Assembly (NCBI RefSeq): GCF_009914755.1
Contig: NC_060932.1
Direction: 5' to 3' (one strand)
DNA length: 64,000 nucleotides
Source of the DNA: the human T2T-CHM13v2.0 reference genome, Homo sapiens
Shown: positions 1 through 17,886 of the stretch, piece after piece
Numbering within the stretch: the stretch's first letter is position 1
How the letters are laid out: every line of letters starts with the position of its first letter
Program-made: the position numbers and the translations under genes
Notes under the pieces: model-generated
What the model saw: only the letters and a program-made list of their open reading frames with translations
What the model was told of the DNA's origin: nothing
Database searches by the model: none

Positions 1-308
1 GATGAAAGTTTACGATTGATAAGGAATTTTGTTATTTCTATTATAGATAGCATTTTAGGATACAATAATCAGAATTAAGACTGAGTTATGAGTTATACAA
101 TTTTTATGAGTTATACAATTTTTGAAACATTTATGTTAACAACATACCCCTAAATGCAACTAAAATAAGATCTAGTATCACTTACCATTTAACAGTTTCT
201 TATATAATTTACTAAATGAGCCTGATCATTTCATATCTCTGTAAGATGAGAGATATAGATCTTTTGAGGCTTTCCAGGGGCTGAACTGGAAAATCCCAAA
301 GTTAATTT

Positions 309-1213
<905 letters not shown>

Positions 1214-1368
1214 TTCATTCAGCCAGTGATAAAAGATTTCCAAAGTAATACAGAAAGTTACATGGATGTAAAAACGTTAGTTTCCTTAAAGTTTAGTTTT
1301 CCTAAGTTATAAGATACCTAATGAGGGCAACACAGAAATTATCTTGATGAAATGTGGAAGTTTTGTGT

Positions 1369-2451
1369 TCTTTTTTTTTTTTTAATGTTTTAAATTCTGG
1401 TATACATGTACAGAACATGCAGGTTTGTTACATAGGTATACATGTGCCATGGTGGTTTGCTGCATCCATCAACCTGTCATCTACATTAGGTACTTCTCCT
1501 AATGCTATCCCTCCCCTAGCCCCCCACCTACCAATAGGCCCCAGTGTATGATGTTCCCCTCCCTGTGTTCTCATTGTTCAACTCCCACTTATGAGTGAGA
1601 ACATGTGGTGTTTGGTTTTCTGTTCCTGTGTTAGTTTGTTGAGAGTGATGGTTTCCAGCTTCATCCATGTCCCTGCAAAGACATGAACTCATCCTTTTTT
1701 TTGGCTCCATAGTATTCCATGGTGTATATGTGCCACATTTTCTCTATCCAGTCTATCACTGATGGACATTTGGGTTGGTTCCAAGTCTTTACTATTGTGA
1801 ATAGTGCTGCAGTAGACATACATGTGCATGTGTCTTTATAGTAGAATGATTTATAATCCTTTGAGTATATACGCGATAATGGGATTGCTGGGTCAGATGG
1901 TATTTCTGGTTCTAATCCTTGAGGAATCACCCCACTGTCTTCCACAGTGGTTGAACTAATTTACACTCCCACCAACAGTGTAAAAGCATTCCTATTTCTC
2001 CACATCCTCTCCAGCATCTGTTGTTTCCTGACTTTTTAATGATCGCCATTCTAACTGGCATGAGAGGGTATCTCATTGTGGTTTTGATTTGCATTTCTCT
2101 AATGACCAGTGATGATGAGCTTTTTTTCATATATTTGTTGGCCGCATAAATGTCTTCTTTTGAGAAGTGTCTGTTCATATCCTTTGCCCACTTTTTGATG
2201 GGGTTGTTTGTTTTTTTCTTGTAAATTTGTTTAAGTTCATTATAGATTCTGGATATTAGCCCTTTGTCAGATGGATAGATTGCAAAAATTTTCTCCCATT
2301 CTGTAGGTTACCTGTTCACTCTGATGATAGGTTCTTTTGCAGTGCAGAAGCTCTTTAGCTTAATTAGATTCCATTTGTCAATATTGGCTTTTGTTGCCAT
2401 TGCTTTTGGTGTTTTAGTCTTGAAGTCTTTGCCCATGCCTATGTCCTGAAT
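1369..2451 (-). mobile_element. 5'-truncated L1PA (ORF2 C-terminus, 3' UTR and tail)
   Basis: Minus-strand ORFs [15 protein letters not shown]...[16 protein letters not shown] and KTWNQPKCPS match the ORF2p C-terminus. Poly(T) at 1369-1383. Confidence 0.93.
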
Positions 2452-3089
2452 GAAGCATATAAAAGTTTTGTTTTTTAAACAGGCTACCAAAAAGGTGAAG
2501 AAAAACCTTCTGTAGTATGATTGTTTCTTCTTATGTGATGTTCACTTACATAACCTGGAAATCAAACCGGATGAAAAGAGTACTTGAATTAATCAGACAG
2601 AGGAAGAATGTGCCCAAGATTATGAATGTTTCAATTCAGCTACGTCAAGAAAAGCCAAGATACAGTAGAGGAAAACATAGCTTTTTTAGGCTTTTAAGAT
2701 AAACCTCTTAGTGTCAGATCATAACAGTCGAGTTAGAATAGGAGAAAAAAAGTTATAGGAGCAGATGAAAAAGTTGGAGAGAGTCACCTTCTAGCCAAGC
2801 AAAAAGATACACTTTTTCAAGTGGAGAAAGAACAGAAGGGAATAATATATGACTTGCAATCATGTACAGTGAAGGACAGCAGAATTTGAACTTCTGAGGT
2901 ATACATTTGAGAAGTTTCAAAAAGAAACAGATTTCAGAATTAAGTATCAAAACCTCTTGCAGTTTTACTAAGAGAATGTCAATACTTTAAGAAAAGCCCT
3001 GTTCTACAATAGGAGACCAAATTTTATAGTTTTGTATTAGTGTCTTTTTACTATCAAAGCTCAATCTTTGGGAAGACCACATGTCATTT

Positions 3090-3970
3090 TATTTTTTTAT
3101 TTTTCAATTTTTATTTATTTATTTATTTTGACACGGAGTCTCGCTGTGTTGCCCAGGCTGGAGTGCAGTGGCGCAATCTCGACTCACTGCAGGCTCCGCC
3201 TCCAGGGTTCACGCCATTCTCCTGCCTCAGCCTCCTGAGTAGCTGGGACTACAGGCATGTGCCGCTACGCCCGGCTAATTTTTTGTATTTTTAGTAGAGA
3301 CTGTGTTTCACAGTGTTAGCCAGGATGGTCACGATCTCCTGACCTTGTGATCTGCCTGCCTGGGCCTCCCAAAGTGCTGGGATTATAGGTGTGAGCCACT
3401 GCGCCCAGTCCCATATGTCATTTTATTTTAATTATAGCCAGCTTGATCACATACAAAATTCCATTTATAAATTCCGTTTTCACAAACCCTATTACAATTT
3501 CACTCAGACCATTAATGACATGCTTGGACTTTCTGCTTTGTCCTGTATTTCCTTTCTTAAATAACCATTTTATTTTAGGATGAAAATTTGCCACATAAGA
3601 TTCTTTGTCATACAAAATTATTCTATTTCTCAATAAAGGACACATTTTAATGCCTATCTTGTAATTAAAAAAAATTTTTTTAAGAGACAGAGTCTTGCTC
3701 TGTCACCCAGACTGGAGTGCAGTGGTGCAATCATAGCTCACTATAACCCTGAACTCCTGGGCTCAAGCAGTCCTCCTGCCTCAGCCACCCCAATTAGCTA
3801 GGACTACAGGTGTGTGCTACCACACTTGGCTAATTTTTTTTTTTTTAATTTTTTTAGAGTTGGGTCTCACTGTGTTGTTCAGGCTGGCCTTGAACTTCTG
3901 GCCTCAGGATACCCTCCAACCTCAGCCTCCCAAAGTGCTAGGATTACAGGCATGTGCTACCACAGCCAGC
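3090..3970 (-). mobile_element. Two antisense Alus (~3090-3410 AluY-like; ~3680-3970 AluJ-like)
   Basis: Alu consensus with T-rich tails. Confidence 0.88.
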
Positions 3971-5497
3971 TTGTATCAACAATTTTAAAAACAATTAATT
4001 TATCAAAGATTTACTTAAGTCACAAGAACTGAAAAAACATTTGGGTTAATTACTACATATTTTATATGAGCACTTGTTTACTTAAACTAATCAGAATAAA
4101 TTTTTTTAGGGATTTCTGGCTGACTATATGAGATTTTATTATGTAGACACAGCATACAACATAGTATATATATATAATATAAGCATATCTACACAGATAT
4201 ACATACTTATAAATAAATTCTTATGGCTTTTGTTTTAGAGTTTTGGTCATGAAATAGTAAAACACTCACCAATTTATAAAAAACAGTAGGATCCAGATTA
4301 TCTTTCTGACAAAATGGAATAAGGCCAAACTTAATGTTCTTTTTTAAAACAGGCAATATTATAAGGGTTGTGAACTAAATTTTGAGTAAAGTAGTTTGAG
4401 TCAGTTACCAATAAACTGGATTCGACACAGAATAGTTAATTGTGGAAATATGACTGAATTATCTTCTAACAAGGTCTGTTCAGTATTTTATTGGTCTCAA
4501 TTCTTTATCCTTGAAGATAAAAGTGTTGCCATTCCTTTTACTGTGGGCAGGCTATCTTTACATGGGAATTTCATTTTTGCAAAGGAAAGAGCATGAAGGT
4601 CAAAATGATTTTCTTTAATATCTGCTGGTTTTAAGTGTTTTACTTAAATGGTCAGTATGCCAGAATAGTTGAAGAGTTTTGAAGAAAGAGTTTAGAAAAA
4701 GATAAGAGGAGGCAGAGCGGGAGGGGAAAGCTCTAGAGAGGAAAGTGATTCAGCTAGCTTTGAGGCAGTGTTTTGTAGTGAGTCATTCTTTGAGTCCTGA
4801 ATCCTTTTTTTTAGCCTCAAAATATCAATGAGATACGCATATCTTATTTGGAGTATATTATTTTCTAACTGTGGTCTTTTAGTTTAAGGAACAACAGACT
4901 GTTTGAATGATCCTTACGGTGTTTGAACATGTTACCGGCTGGAATCCCAGAAAATATCTTGGCATGCCTTTGAATTTTGAGAGCCCATTTTATTGTGGGT
5001 GCTCTGGTTTAATCCCAAATACACAAAAACCAATTAAATATAAGCACTGAATTTGCAAAGGCCAAATAAACGCAAGCACAGATGGGAAAATAAAGTACCC
5101 ACTTACCAAGAAGGACGATAAGAAGCCTTCTCCAACTGAAAGAAAAAAGAGAGATCCCAAGGCCTCAACCCAAAGGGAAAAATCCCTTCCCTGAGACCCC
5201 ACAGCCAGGGTCTACAAGGAGGAAAAGAGTCTTCCTTAATAGGAGATCCCTCAGCCAGATCAGACGGGAAGGGGAAAGACACCATCCCATCCAAATCCCA
5301 GATAAAACAGAACTCAACCAAAATCGGGAGTTCAGTCCAAGAATGACTCACTAAGGGAAAAAGAGGCAACTTGCAGAAGCCGTTAGAGGAGGGGGTGACT
5401 TTCAGAGGTCCCCAGTGTGGCTACCTTGTACTATAGTTCCAATGGCTGCTGATCTTCTCTGAGATGAGTCAGCCTTAGACTCATACTTGACCAAGTA

Positions 5498-5947
5498 TGT
5501 CAAAGTCAAATGAAACACAGAGATGAATCTCTGAAATTAAGATGTTTTATTTGTGAAGAAAGAATTGCAATTTAGAGCATGCATGCAGACAGAATGGTAT
5601 GTCCGAAGAACAAAGAGAAGGTTAGAGGTTTTATGAAAAAGCGAAATGTTATGTGTTGCTCTTTGAGAAAGTTCATTGGCACTAGTAAGGTTCTGGAGAG
5701 CTTGCCAGTTTGGATTGGTGAGTGATGGCAGTGGGTAAAATTAGCCTTAGAATTTCAGCAGATCATTTCAGTAGCCATTAGATAAAACTGGTTTCCAGTA
5801 ATAGCAGGCAGTTTCGGCAGACATGCTTGCAGAGAATTACATTTTTGGGTCAATGTTATATGTCCTGAGTGCTTCCCCCCCGCCCTCTTGACTCTGTTTT
5901 AGTTGGGTATGACAGGAATAACCCAGTTCATATGATCAACTTTCACA
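5498..5947 (-). mobile_element. ERV1 LTR (MER65-like), the 5' LTR of a minus-strand provirus remnant
   Basis: TG...CA termini. Minus strand starts TGTGAAAGTTGATCATATGAACTGGG. Minus-strand AATAAA near 5546. Confidence 0.6.
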
Positions 5948-6501
5948 GTAGTTAATGATATAAATACCTTAATTTATTTCACCATTCCTCTACTGTTGGA
6001 AAAATAGGTTTATAGCAGGTCATGCTATTGCATACATTTTCCCTCTGTCTTCCTTACAAACAATATCTCTATTTTATTCAGATAGATGGGATTGGGGTTG
6101 CAGGGAGAAGCTTTGATCTCAGGGAAGGAAGGCCCTTATCCCAGCCCCAGGGAATGAATTCTGGGTGGTCTGAACTACTCAAGCCAATCAATTTCCTGTC
6201 ACTAATGATTGGTCTAGGGGTAAACACTGGATTTTCTTTTAACCAGTAATATATAAAGGGAACTCTGCTGGGTTTTTGTTTGTTTGTTTGCTTTTGGAAA
6301 CACTCTTTCTTGATGAAAAGACTATTGCAAGGTTGAAGCTTTTGGACCCCCATTCTACCATTTCACTTCATATGTGGATGTGTGTACTGTAGCAGCCATG
6401 CTGTGACTATGAGGAGGTGACATGACTAAGGAGGAAAAGCAGACCTGTGAATCGCTGATCACAGAGGTACAGAGGGCTTGGTTTCTTGGTGAAGATGTTG
6501 A

Positions 6502-7470
<969 letters not shown>

Positions 7471-8339
7471 CAAAGTGCTTCCTCTTCCTCTGTGAGAGAA
7501 GAAGCTAAATTTTAGTTTCTTTAATTGATTTTGTGAGAAAAGAAAAGATTAAAGGGAACATTTTCAGCAAAGATATACTGTATTAAAAGCACAGAAGCTG
7601 CCAAAGAGAAAAATGTTATCAGATGAGCAGGTGATATAAATGTTATTAGATGACCAATTGATGAACAGGTATTGACACATAGAAATGATTCTGGAGGCAG
7701 AGTAAAAATTCTGTTCACACAGAAGTAAAAAGTAATTGAGTGGTTGAACAGATCTCTTGATAATCATGACCTTGTAATTGAATTATACAAGACAATTGTA
7801 CAGTTGCATCCTGATGTATAAAATAAGGAAATAAAACTTGAAATTAGAGGCCAAGAAGCACATCACCAAATGACATTATACTATGGGTGGATTGTGCCTT
7901 TATATATCTCGTTACCTCAAAAAGGTGAGTTAGAAGGCACAAATGTATACCCAGATAAATCAAAAGATATATTGTGTTCTTGGTTGGGAAAGGTAGGTAT
8001 AGAAAAGAGAAGTGCATTCTAAATTTGTATATTGATTTAATATAATTTTTCCTTGGAATATTTTGTGAAAATTGTTATCTTGGTAATGAAATTTAACCCC
8101 TCAAAAGAATAAAGCCACACAAGGTTATTTATATGTGTCTACATGTTTAAGCTTTATGATTATTTTGCAATGCCTGTTTCAAAATGTGTATATGCTTTAA
8201 TGCAACAATTCCATTTTTCAGAACCTATGCTTTAGATGCACTCATAATTACGTACAATGATGTTTGAATTGTTTGTCACAATGATTGAAAGTTTCTTTTG
8301 GCATTTGATAAACAGGCTTCAGGGATACAAAATACCCTG

Positions 8340-9060
8340 CAATGTGTAGGAGACACCTAAACAACAAAGAATGAATGATTCTCAGATTGTCAACAGTGCC
8401 TGTGTTAGATTCTGGGGATCTAACAGGGAGATGCACAAGCAAAGTCCTTTACTGTATTTTCTAGTGAGAGGGACAGCATCATGTATTTGTTTACCATCCA
8501 TGAGAACCAAATCAGAGGAAGGAGCTAAAGCGGGACAGGAGCAGCTAACTTAGATGGAGTGATCAGGGCAGGTTCTTTTGAAGAGGCAATTGTTGAACAG
8601 AATGACCTGTGGGAACAAGCTGTGCATAGATCAGGGGAACTACATTCCAGGCAGAGGCACAACCAGTGTAAAAGCTTACAGGCAGAAGCAAGTCTAGGGC
8701 AGTCCATGTATAGTAGTGAGGCTATCGAGGCTAGACAGAATAATGAGTAAGGGAGAGATGGAAGAGGTGCAGAGAGTGGGGCAGATAGATGATGTCAGGC
8801 CTAGTAAACCATGTCAGTGCATTTGGGTTTTATTCTGAATGTGCTAGGAAGTTATTGGAGGAATTTTTTTTTTTTGAGCAGGGGAGTGACGTATTCACAT
8901 TTATGTTTTAAAACAATTACTTTGGCTGTTAGAAGGTCAGTTGACTTTTGGAGCCCAAAAGCAGGTGCAGGGAGACCAGTGAGGATTTAATCTAGTAATA
9001 TAGGTAAGAGATGTCAGTAATTAGATTAGGCATACTGAGAAACATTTGGATTCAGGATTT
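8340..9060 (-). mobile_element. L2 remnant
   Basis: cattccaggcagaggcacaaccagtgtaaa and tttattctgaatgtg...ttttgagcaggggagtgac resemble the L2 3' region. Confidence 0.55.
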
Positions 9061-9390
9061 CAAAGTCTTTCCTTTTTGAGGAGGTGGGAAAGTCTCAGTT
9101 GAATTGATCGAGCTCCTCAGGTCATGGCACATTTCTCATCAGTCTTTGCAAAGTCCCTCTTTTTTGTTTTATTCTTTTTGTGCTTATCTGTGATCTCTGA
9201 GTTCCTTACTCCCTCTCCCCAGTATACACATGCTTCTACTGTATTTAATATATGATTCAGAATACATCTAATGTATATATGAATGAATGATTCTCAGATT
9301 GTCAACAGTGCCTGTGTTAGATTCTAGGGATCTAACATGGAGATGCACAAGCAAAGTCCTTTACTGTATTTTCTAGTGAGAGGTACAGCA

Positions 9391-9995
<605 letters not shown>

Positions 9996-10080
9996 AATAC
10001 ATCTAATATATTAATTTTTTAATGTATAGAGCTTTTACAGATAAAATATTTTAATTTTACATAAATGATATGGTGCTGTC

Positions 10081-10272
10081 CAGTGGTCTTGAAATGTTAA
10101 CATACACCATTATTACCTGGAAAGCTTGTGCAAACACAGGTTGCAGGACCCTGACCCTGTTTCTGACTCATCAGGCGTGGGGTGGAACCTGGCAATCTGT
10201 ATTCTGTCGGGTTCCCAGGTGATGCTGTTTACCACACTTTGAGATGAATGTGACCATACTTTGAGAACCACT
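10081..10272. mobile_element. MER5A-like hAT MITE
   Basis: Terminal inverted repeats cagtggt(c)ttgaaa...tttgagaaccactg. Internal cccaggtgatgctg. Confidence 0.65.
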
Positions 10273-10314
10273 GTTGTAGTGCTATTTATACTGTTGACTT
10301 TTTTCACTTACCAC

Positions 10315-10852
10315 TTTTTTTATATTTATATATATTTTATTATACTTTAAGTTCTAGTGTACATGTGCACAACGTGCAGGTTTGTTACATATGTATACAT
10401 GTGCCATGTTGGTGTGCTGCACCCATTAACTCGTCATTTACATTAGGTATATCTCCTAATGCTATGCCTCCCCCCTCCCCCCACCCCACAACAGGCCCCA
10501 GAGTGTGATGTTCCCCTTCCTGTGTCCAAGTGTTCTCATTGTTCAATTCCCACCTATGAGTGAGAACATGCGGTGGTTGGTTTTTTTGTCCTTGCGATAG
10601 TTTGCTGAGAATGATGGTTTCCAGCTTCATCCATGTCCCTACAAAGGACATGAACTCATTATTTTTTATGGCTATGTAGTATTCCATGGTGTATATGTGC
10701 CACATTTTCTTAATCCAGTCTATCATTGATGGACATTTGGATTGGTTCCAAGTCTTTGCTATTGCGAATAGTGCCGCAATAAACATATGTGTGCATGTGT
10801 CTTTATAGCAGCATGACTTATAATCCTTTGGGTATATATCCAGTAATGGGAT
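10315..10852 (-). mobile_element. 5'-truncated L1PA 3' end
   Basis: ORF 10385..10786 (MFIAALFAIAKTWNQSKCPSMIDWIKKMWHIYTMEYY) is the ORF2p end, followed by L1 3' UTR. Confidence 0.93.
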
Positions 10853-11856
10853 AAGATATATCCAGGTTACTACTATACGTGCCTCTAGTTGATTGCTTTC
10901 TGCCTGCTGTATAGAATTTCACAGTATTTATGTATGACACTTTAGTTTTCTCTTTTGCTTGGTGGACACCTAGTTTACCTCCAGTTTCTTTCTAACATGA
11001 ACACTGCTATGATGAACACCCTCATATAAATCTACCATGATTTAATGTCTCTAGGTTTTATGAACAAAATCGGATTGCCAGGAGAAAGGGTGTATGCATT
11101 CATACTTGAACTGAGCATTGGTTGCCAGATGGCTCTTCAGAATGGCTGTGCAAGTCTCTATTCCTACCAGCAGCACTGAAGAATTCCTATTTCCTCACAT
11201 CCCTCCTTCCAGAATATGATTTTATCTCATATTATAATACTTGCCAATATAATGGGTATAAAGTAGTATTCTACTGTTTTAATTAATGTTTCTCTAATTA
11301 CTGATGAAATTAAGCATCTCATATGCCAGCCATTCAGCTCTTGCACTCACTCTTAGGAGTTTCTTATGTGACCTTTCAGAGATAGGTTAAACATATACAA
11401 GCATATTTGCAAATCTAATGAGAAAATAGTGTACTTGTCACTATACATTGCCCTTTAAGTGCTGCTTTATCTGAGTCCCACAGATTTGGACATGTATTGC
11501 TTTCATTATCATTCAGTATTTTATATTTTAAGAATTCTCTTTAACCCTAAAATAATGAAGTAGTATGTTTTTTCTTTCCAGTCATATGGGATTTTTTTAG
11601 AGCTAGTATTTTGTTACTGATTATTGATTTGATGTAATTTGATTAAAGAAAATGATTGGAATAATACTCATTCTTTGAAATTTATTGAGACTCCTTGTGG
11701 TATAGTACAGAGTAGATTTTTGTGATTTTCCCATATATTCTTGGAAAGAACGTATATTCTCTACTTGTTGAGCTATTCTTTATAACTTTGACTATTTTTG
11801 TCTGCTTGAACTATCAGTTACTTTCAGCATTGTGTCAAAATTTCCAACTACCATTA

Positions 11857-13977
11857 CAGTGTCATGCATCATTTAATAAGGAGGGTACGTTCTGAGAAAT
11901 GGGTGCCGATTTTGCTGTTGTGAAATCATCATAGAGTGTACTTACATAAACCTAGGTGGTATAGCCTGCTACACACCTAGGCTATATGGTATAGCCTGTT
12001 GCTCCCAGGCTACAAACCTGTACAGCATGTTATTGTGCTGAATACTGTAGGCAGTTGTAACACAAGGGTAAGTATTGTGTGTCTAAACATATCTAGATGT
12101 AGAAAAGATACAGTAAAAAAAAAAAGAGAAAAAATGGAATACCTGTATAAAGTACTTATCATGAATGGATTGTACAGGACTGGAAGTTGCTCTGGGTGAA
12201 TCAGTGAATGATGAGTGAATGTGAAGGCCTAAGACATTGCTGTATACTACCAGATGCTTTATAAACACTGTACACTTGTGCTATACTAAATTTATTAAAA
12301 AGTATTTTTCCTTCTTCAATAATAAATTAGCCTTAGCTTATTGTAACTTTTTACTTTATAAGATTTTTAATTTTGAGCTGCCATCTTGCGTCCCCATGTG
12401 TGTGCACCTAATCTCAGCTGGTGGTCCACCCGAGACCCCCAAGCACCAACCCTAGCCCCCCACGTTGGCCCCTTATCTGCTCTGAGAAGATGAAACAAAC
12501 AGTTATGAGCCAGGAAAGACTTGCCAAACTGCAGGCACAAGTGCGCATTGGTGGGAAAGAAATGGTTCACAGAAAGAAGAAGGCGGTTCATAGAACAGCC
12601 ACAGCAGATGATAAAAAACTTCAGTTCTCCTTAAAGAAGTTAGAGGTAAACAATGTCTCTGGTATTGAAGAGGTGAATATGTTTACAAACCAAGGAACAG
12701 TGATCCACTTTAACAGCAGAGATGCCAGCAAACTCTTTCACCATTACAGGCCATGCTGAGACAAAGCAGCTGATGGAAATGCTACCCAGCATCTTAAACC
12801 AGCTTGGTGCACACTGTCTGACTAGTTTAAGGAGACTGGCTGAAGCTCTGCCCAAACAGTCTGTGAATGGAAAAGCACCACTTGCTACTGGAGAGGATGA
12901 CGATGAAGTTCCAGCTCTTGTGGAGAATTTTGATGAGGCTTCCAAGATGGAGAATTTTGATGAGGCTTCCAAGAATGAGGCAAACTGAATTGAGTCAACT
13001 TCTGAAGATAAAACTTGAAGAAGTTATTGGGAGCTGCTATTTTATATTATGACTGCTTTTTAAGAAATTTTTGTTTATGGATCTGATAAAATCTAGATCT
13101 CTAATATTTTTAAGCCCAAGCTCCTTGGACACTGCAGCTCTTTTCAGTTTTTGCTTATATACAATTCATTCTTTGCAGCTAATTAAGCTGAAGAATCCTG
13201 GGAATCAAGTTTGAAACAAAGGTTAATAAAGTTCTTTGCCTAGTATACCAAAAAAAAAAAAAGATTTTTAATTTTTTTAACTTTTTGACTCTTTTGTAAT
13301 ACCACTTAGCTTACAAGTGGTATTATGAGTGAATGTGAAGGCCTAAGACTTATGCAGCTGTACAAAAATATTTTTTCCTTATATTCTTATTCTATAAGCT
13401 TTATTAAAACCTTTTTTTACTTTTAAAATTTTTTGGTAAGAATGAAGACACACACACACACATGCACGTGCGCACGCATCTAGGCCTACAGAGGGTCAGG
13501 ATCATCAATATCACTGCCTTTCACCTCCACATCTTGTCCCACTGGAAGGCCTTCAGGGGCAGTAACAGTCATGGAGCTGTCATGTCGTATAACAGTGCCT
13601 TCTGCTAGAATCCCTCCTGAAGGACCTGCCTGGGGATGTTTTACAATGAGCCTTTTTCTTTTGTAAATAGAAGGAACAAACTTGAAAGTAATTATTAAAA
13701 GTATGGTATAGTAAATACATAAACCAGTACCATTTATTATTATCAGGTATTATGTACTGTACATAATTGTATGTGCTATACTTTTATATGACTGGCAGTG
13801 CAGTAGGTTTTTTTACATCAGCATCACCACAAACATGTAAGTAATGCCTGCATGTAGACATTATGATGGCTACATCACTAGGGTGTAGGAATTTTTCAGT
13901 TCATTTTAATTTTATGGGACCATTGTCCTGTATGTGGTGTGTTGTTGACTATAGCAGCATTATGTGGTGCATGACTA
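11857..13977 (+). mobile_element. Tigger3/MER7-type (Golem) DNA transposon split by the BTF3 retrocopy
   Basis: Termini (ta)cagtgtcatgca...tgcatgacta(ta) with TA flanks. Internal gttctgagaaatg and cctaggctatatggtatagcct resemble the recalled Tigger3 consensus. Confidence 0.75.
12375..13260 (+). pseudogene. BTF3 (beta-NAC) processed pseudogene; possibly the annotated BTF3P3 (number not certain)
   Basis: Intronless BTF3-like frame from ATG 12490 ([23 protein letters not shown]...[12 protein letters not shown]...IEEVNMF) to [12 protein letters not shown] at 12988. Frameshift near 12715-12727. AATAAA at 13225, poly(A) at 13250-13260. 15-bp TSD aagatttttaatttt at 12360-12374 and 13261-13275. Confidence 0.95.
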
Positions 13978-14009
13978 TATTGATTTATCTGTTTCTCAAC
14001 ATAGGCCTC

Positions 14010-14353
14010 TGTATTAGTTCTTTTTCATGCTGCTGATAAAGACATACCCAAAATTGGGAACAAAAAGAGGTTTAATTGGACTTAACAGATCCGCATGGCT
14101 GGGGAGGCCTCAGAATCATGGCAGGAGACAAAAGGCAAAAGGTACTTCTTACATGGCGGTGGCAAGAATGAGGAAGAAGCAAAAGTGGAAACCCCTGATA
14201 AACCCATCAGATCTCATGAGACTTTTTCACTATTACAAGAATAGCACAGGAAAGACCGGCCCCCATGATTCAGTTACTGTCCCCTGGGTGTGGGAATTCT
14301 GGTAGCTACAATTCAAGTTGAGATTTGGCTGGGGACACTGCCAAACCATATCA
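14010..14353 (-). mobile_element. THE1-family (ERVL-MaLR) solo LTR
   Basis: tgtattagt...catgctgctgataaagacataccc...ccaaaccatatca. 5-bp TSD gcctc on both sides. Confidence 0.88.
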
Positions 14354-14745
14354 GCCTCTCAGTTTTTGCTTGTGTTTTGAGGCTGTGAAATATATACAGA
14401 ATATTTCATAAGTGGTGTATACAATTGATTATCATCATTCATGCGTTCTGTATTTGTGGATATGCCTATGTCTCCTTGCTAAAATTGATTTGTAAACTCA
14501 AAATCAATACAGTGCTTTTGTGGTCACTGGTAGACATGTGGAGAGTGATCTACTACTTTGAGTCTCCCAATGCACATGTTGCCACCTCAGACCAAATAAG
14601 GCCACACTCTCCCTTCTTGTTTTAGCTCTCATGCTTTAAACAAGTATTCTTTTCATAGTCTATTTAGTGCCTGAATGCCTGCTATAGGTAACCAATCTCT
14701 TTAGTTTCTGGTTTATCTTTCCTGCATTTTTTATGTACAAAGTAG

Positions 14746-17348
<2,603 letters not shown>

Positions 17349-17886
17349 TATTGATTTTGTATGTTAATTTTATATCCTGCTAGTTTACTGAATTATTTTA
17401 TTATTTGAGTTAGTTTTATCATTGATTTTGGGGGGTTATATCTGCAAATAGAGATAGTTTTATTTTTTCTTTACCCATTCTTAACCCTCTAATTGAGGTG
17501 TAATCCCATTGGCTGATACCCTTACACCAGTTTTGAACAGTAGCAGAGATAGTAAATATTCTTGCCTTGTTCCTGGTCTTAGTGAAAATGCCGTTAGTGT
17601 TTTGGAATTAAGTAAAATACAGGTTTTACGACTAATATATATGTGTGAGTGGCTGAGAGAGTTCTAGATATTTAGATAGAACATGAGAACAGAGATTAGA
17701 GAGAGATTTCTATGAAGGCTTGTCAAATTCTAGGGCAATAAGTATATCACATTCAAAAGGTTTCATTTTTCAATTTGGGAGTAACAATGAGATATGCCAT
17801 TACAGCAAGTCATTTGAATTATATAAATTGTGTTTATGCATTATAATGGTCACAAAGAAAATTTTATGCTTGAATTTGTCTTGTAG

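Noticed and set aside
12640-12972. 110-aa minus-strand ORF with repeated EASSKFS
   Set aside because: Antisense shadow of the pseudogene and its 27-bp duplication.
12421-12988. BTF3 as an intact functional gene
   Set aside because: Frameshift, loss of NPKVQASLA in the NAC domain, no introns, poly(A) tail and TSDs mark a processed pseudogene.
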